This document shows, one piece after another, positions 36,680-38,911 of a stretch of DNA of 38,911 bases. The position numbers and the translations under genes are program-made. The stretch lies in contig NC_068981.1 of assembly GCF_001194135.2 (NCBI RefSeq), positions 165,799,080-165,837,990 on the forward strand. Direction: 5' to 3'. The notes under the pieces are model-generated. The model saw only the letters and a program-made list of their open reading frames with translations, made no database searches and was not told the DNA's origin. Position 1 is the stretch's first letter. Each line of letters begins with the position of its first letter. This stretch comes from Octopus bimaculoides (lineage: Eukaryota).

Positions 36680-37400
36680 CATCCACAAAGCTGATAGATA
36701 TTGTATGTTTATACCTTGGTTCCATTCCATTTTCTATTGCATCAATGTATAATTCTGCAAATGTGAGCCCTAAGGGAGAACCCATGAATACTCCATCTCA
36801 CTGCTTATATACTTTGCCTTGTAAAGATGAAAAAGATATGTCTGTTGCACAGTGTACTAATAATTTCTTGTGTATATCAGCTCATATCATGAATGGATTT
36901 ATTTGAGGTGTTTGCACATAATATTTAAATTGATTTTTATTGTCTCTGCTACTAGAACATAAATAAACCGACTTGTTACAGAACATTGGTAAAAAAGTAA
37001 CTTACAAAGTAAGTAACAATAGATGTTGTACATTGTGTTCGTTTCTAGGAACTTGTTTTGATGAACTCTATATCTCTGCAGAGTGAATTGTTTTGATAAT
37101 GCTTAATTGTTTAGTGATTTTTATGTTAGTATATTTATTCTAGATATTACAAGTAAGAGAGTTTGTTTCATTTGTATATTTTTAATGAGCCATAGATATA
37201 TGCTTGGGGGAAAATAAGAAACCTATATTATTCAGTTTAACTTTTAATTAGATAGTATTATCTTTCTGAATCTTTGTAAATATATGATTGTTAATGAGCA
37301 AATTGTTAATTTCTGTAATATATTCATCTTTATCTATAACTACAAACTGATTTGTAACAACAAATGTATTACTTTTGGTCACTTTTACATTTTGATGTTT
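36680..37400 (-). pseudogene. Fossil Penelope-like element reverse transcriptase
   Basis: Minus-strand motifs in the expected order despite stops and frameshifts: FVVIDKDEYITEINNLL, YIYGSLKIYK, VTSRFIYVLVAETIKI, GKVYKQ*DGVFMGSPLGLTFAELYI. Confidence 0.75.
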
Positions 37401-37495
37401 TTTTAAGCGTGCAGAGCTTATGTGTACGTAGTATGTGCATATATAAACTATTGTTGTTTGTGATTCCATTAGAAACAGAAAGAACCACAGTAAAA

Positions 37496-37726
37496 GGTGG
37501 CGAGCTGGCAGAAACGTTAGCGTGTCGGGCAAAATGCTTAGCGGTATTTCGTCTGCCATTACGTTCTGAGTTCAAATTCCACCGAGGTCGACTTTGCCTT
37601 TCATCCTTTTGGGGTCAATAAATTAAGTACCAGTTACGAGCTGGGGTCGATGTAATCGACTTAATCCCTTTGCCTGTCCTTGTTTGTCCCCTCTATGTTT
37701 AGTCCCTTGGGGGCAATAAAGAAATA
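37496..37726 (+). mobile_element. Full-length young SINE with a perfect 19-bp TSD
   Basis: AGAAAGAACCACAGTAAAA at 37477-37495 and 37727-37745; head GGTGGCGAGCTGGCAGAA, B-box-like GAGTTCAAATTCC, tail GCAATAAAGAAATA. Confidence 0.92.
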
Positions 37727-37808
37727 AGAAAGAACCACAGTAAAAATTTGAGAGTATAATTTATTTAATAACTCTTATAGGTCTAGTACTGTTGAATTCC
37801 CAGTCATT

Positions 37809-37811
<3 letters not shown>

Positions 37812-37862
<51 letters not shown>
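37812..37862. repeat. (CA)n microsatellite
   Basis: Direct inspection. Confidence 0.95.
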
Positions 37863-37866
<4 letters not shown>

Positions 37867-38156
37867 TGTTTATTACATTAAAAAGTTGACAATCTACTAA
37901 GGGTTTTGCACTGGGATGGGCGAAACTCTTGAACAGACTCTCAACATATGATACATGTATGTTCACAAATGCATTTAGATATGCATATATTCATAAACAT
38001 ATGAAACACATGCACTCACAGCTATGCACCATTACATACATGCTCACACTCACACAGATACACACATACACAACTGTTTTATCAGCAATAAGGCAGCTGT
38101 TAGTGTATCACCAACAGGAAACAGCATCATAAACATCAGAAAATCTGGAGAGAAAT

Positions 38157-38163
38157 AATAATG

Positions 38164-38230
<67 letters not shown>
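38157..38230. repeat. (AAT)n/(GAT)n microsatellite
   Basis: Direct inspection. Confidence 0.95.
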
Positions 38231-38231
<1 letters not shown>

Positions 38232-38613
38232 TTTACAAAAATAACACCAAATCATTTATGATAGAGACATCGTAATGTATTGTTGTTGTTGTTAGTGATG
38301 ATGATGATTAAATCTAATGTAATATCAAATAAATCACTCTGCAGCACCTGTATAATATGAGATATGATAAATTTTTCTTGCTCTTTTTCACTTGTTCACT
38401 TGACTGTCAGTTAATCTTTCTTCTGATATATGCATGCTTATCTGTATACATGTTTGTGTGTGTGTATGGTGGTGGTAGGTCTGAGAGCAAGAAAAAAAAG
38501 AACAGAAAAAAAGAGATGGTGAAAAATTCCCAGGTAGACAGAGAAACAGATAGGCAGATAAATAGACCGATAGAAAGATAGCCAATTAGTTAGAAAGATA
38601 GATACATAGATAG

Positions 38614-38911
38614 GGAACCCATGGAAGAGGTAGGCCCAGGAAGACCTGGGATGAGGTGGTGAGGCAAGACCTTCGAACATTGGGCCTCACCGAGGTGATG
38701 ACTTCTGACCGAGACCTTTGGAGATGTGCTGTGCGTGAGAAGACCCGGCAAGCCAAGTGATACCTAAATCCAAGGCCTCTGCCAGGGGTGTAACCAGCCC
38801 ACTTATGCGTACCTTTCCTACATTGGACACTAAACTTCGCTTGCGAAGACTTGTTGAGGCAAGTGAAATCAAACTAAATTCAACGACTGGCACCCGTGCC
38901 AACGTCGTCTC
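38614..38911 (+). mobile_element. 5'-truncated RTE LINE: ORF C-terminus (38614-38760) and start of the 3' UTR, running off the window
   Basis: GTHGRGRPRKTWDEVVRQDLRTLGLTEVMTSDRDLWRCAVREKTRQAK*; GRGRPRKTW and DRxxWR are characteristic of RTE C-termini. Confidence 0.9.

Noticed and set aside
36436-36906. 156-aa Ser-rich plus-strand ORF
   Set aside because: It is the antisense of the Penelope fossil plus (CAT)n and (CA)n repeats.

Overview
AT-rich, repeat-saturated eukaryotic DNA with two N gaps (~8594-9515 and 11126-11504). It is most likely an octopus genome, judged from recognisable tRNA-derived SINEs and an RTE LINE family; I did not confirm this by search. I found no intact, recognisable protein-coding gene. 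The long ORFs in the track are gap artefacts, microsatellite read-throughs or retroelement fossils. The window holds many 5'-truncated copies of one RTE LINE, several SINE families, piggyBac-like and hAT-like MITEs with target-site duplications (TSDs), and fossils of a Penelope-like element, an R4/Dong LINE and probably an L2/CR1 LINE. The left ~3.7 kb retains CpG and has promoter motifs and strong 5' splice sites on both strands. The rest is CpG-depleted, as expected for a methylated intron. The best unexplained signals are a perfect 63-bp inverted repeat (19961-20105) and a ~110-nt imperfect hairpin overlapping a splice donor (2364-2474). I cannot support a multi-gene novel system. All coordinates and counts were read by eye, and element ends are approximate unless a TSD is quoted.
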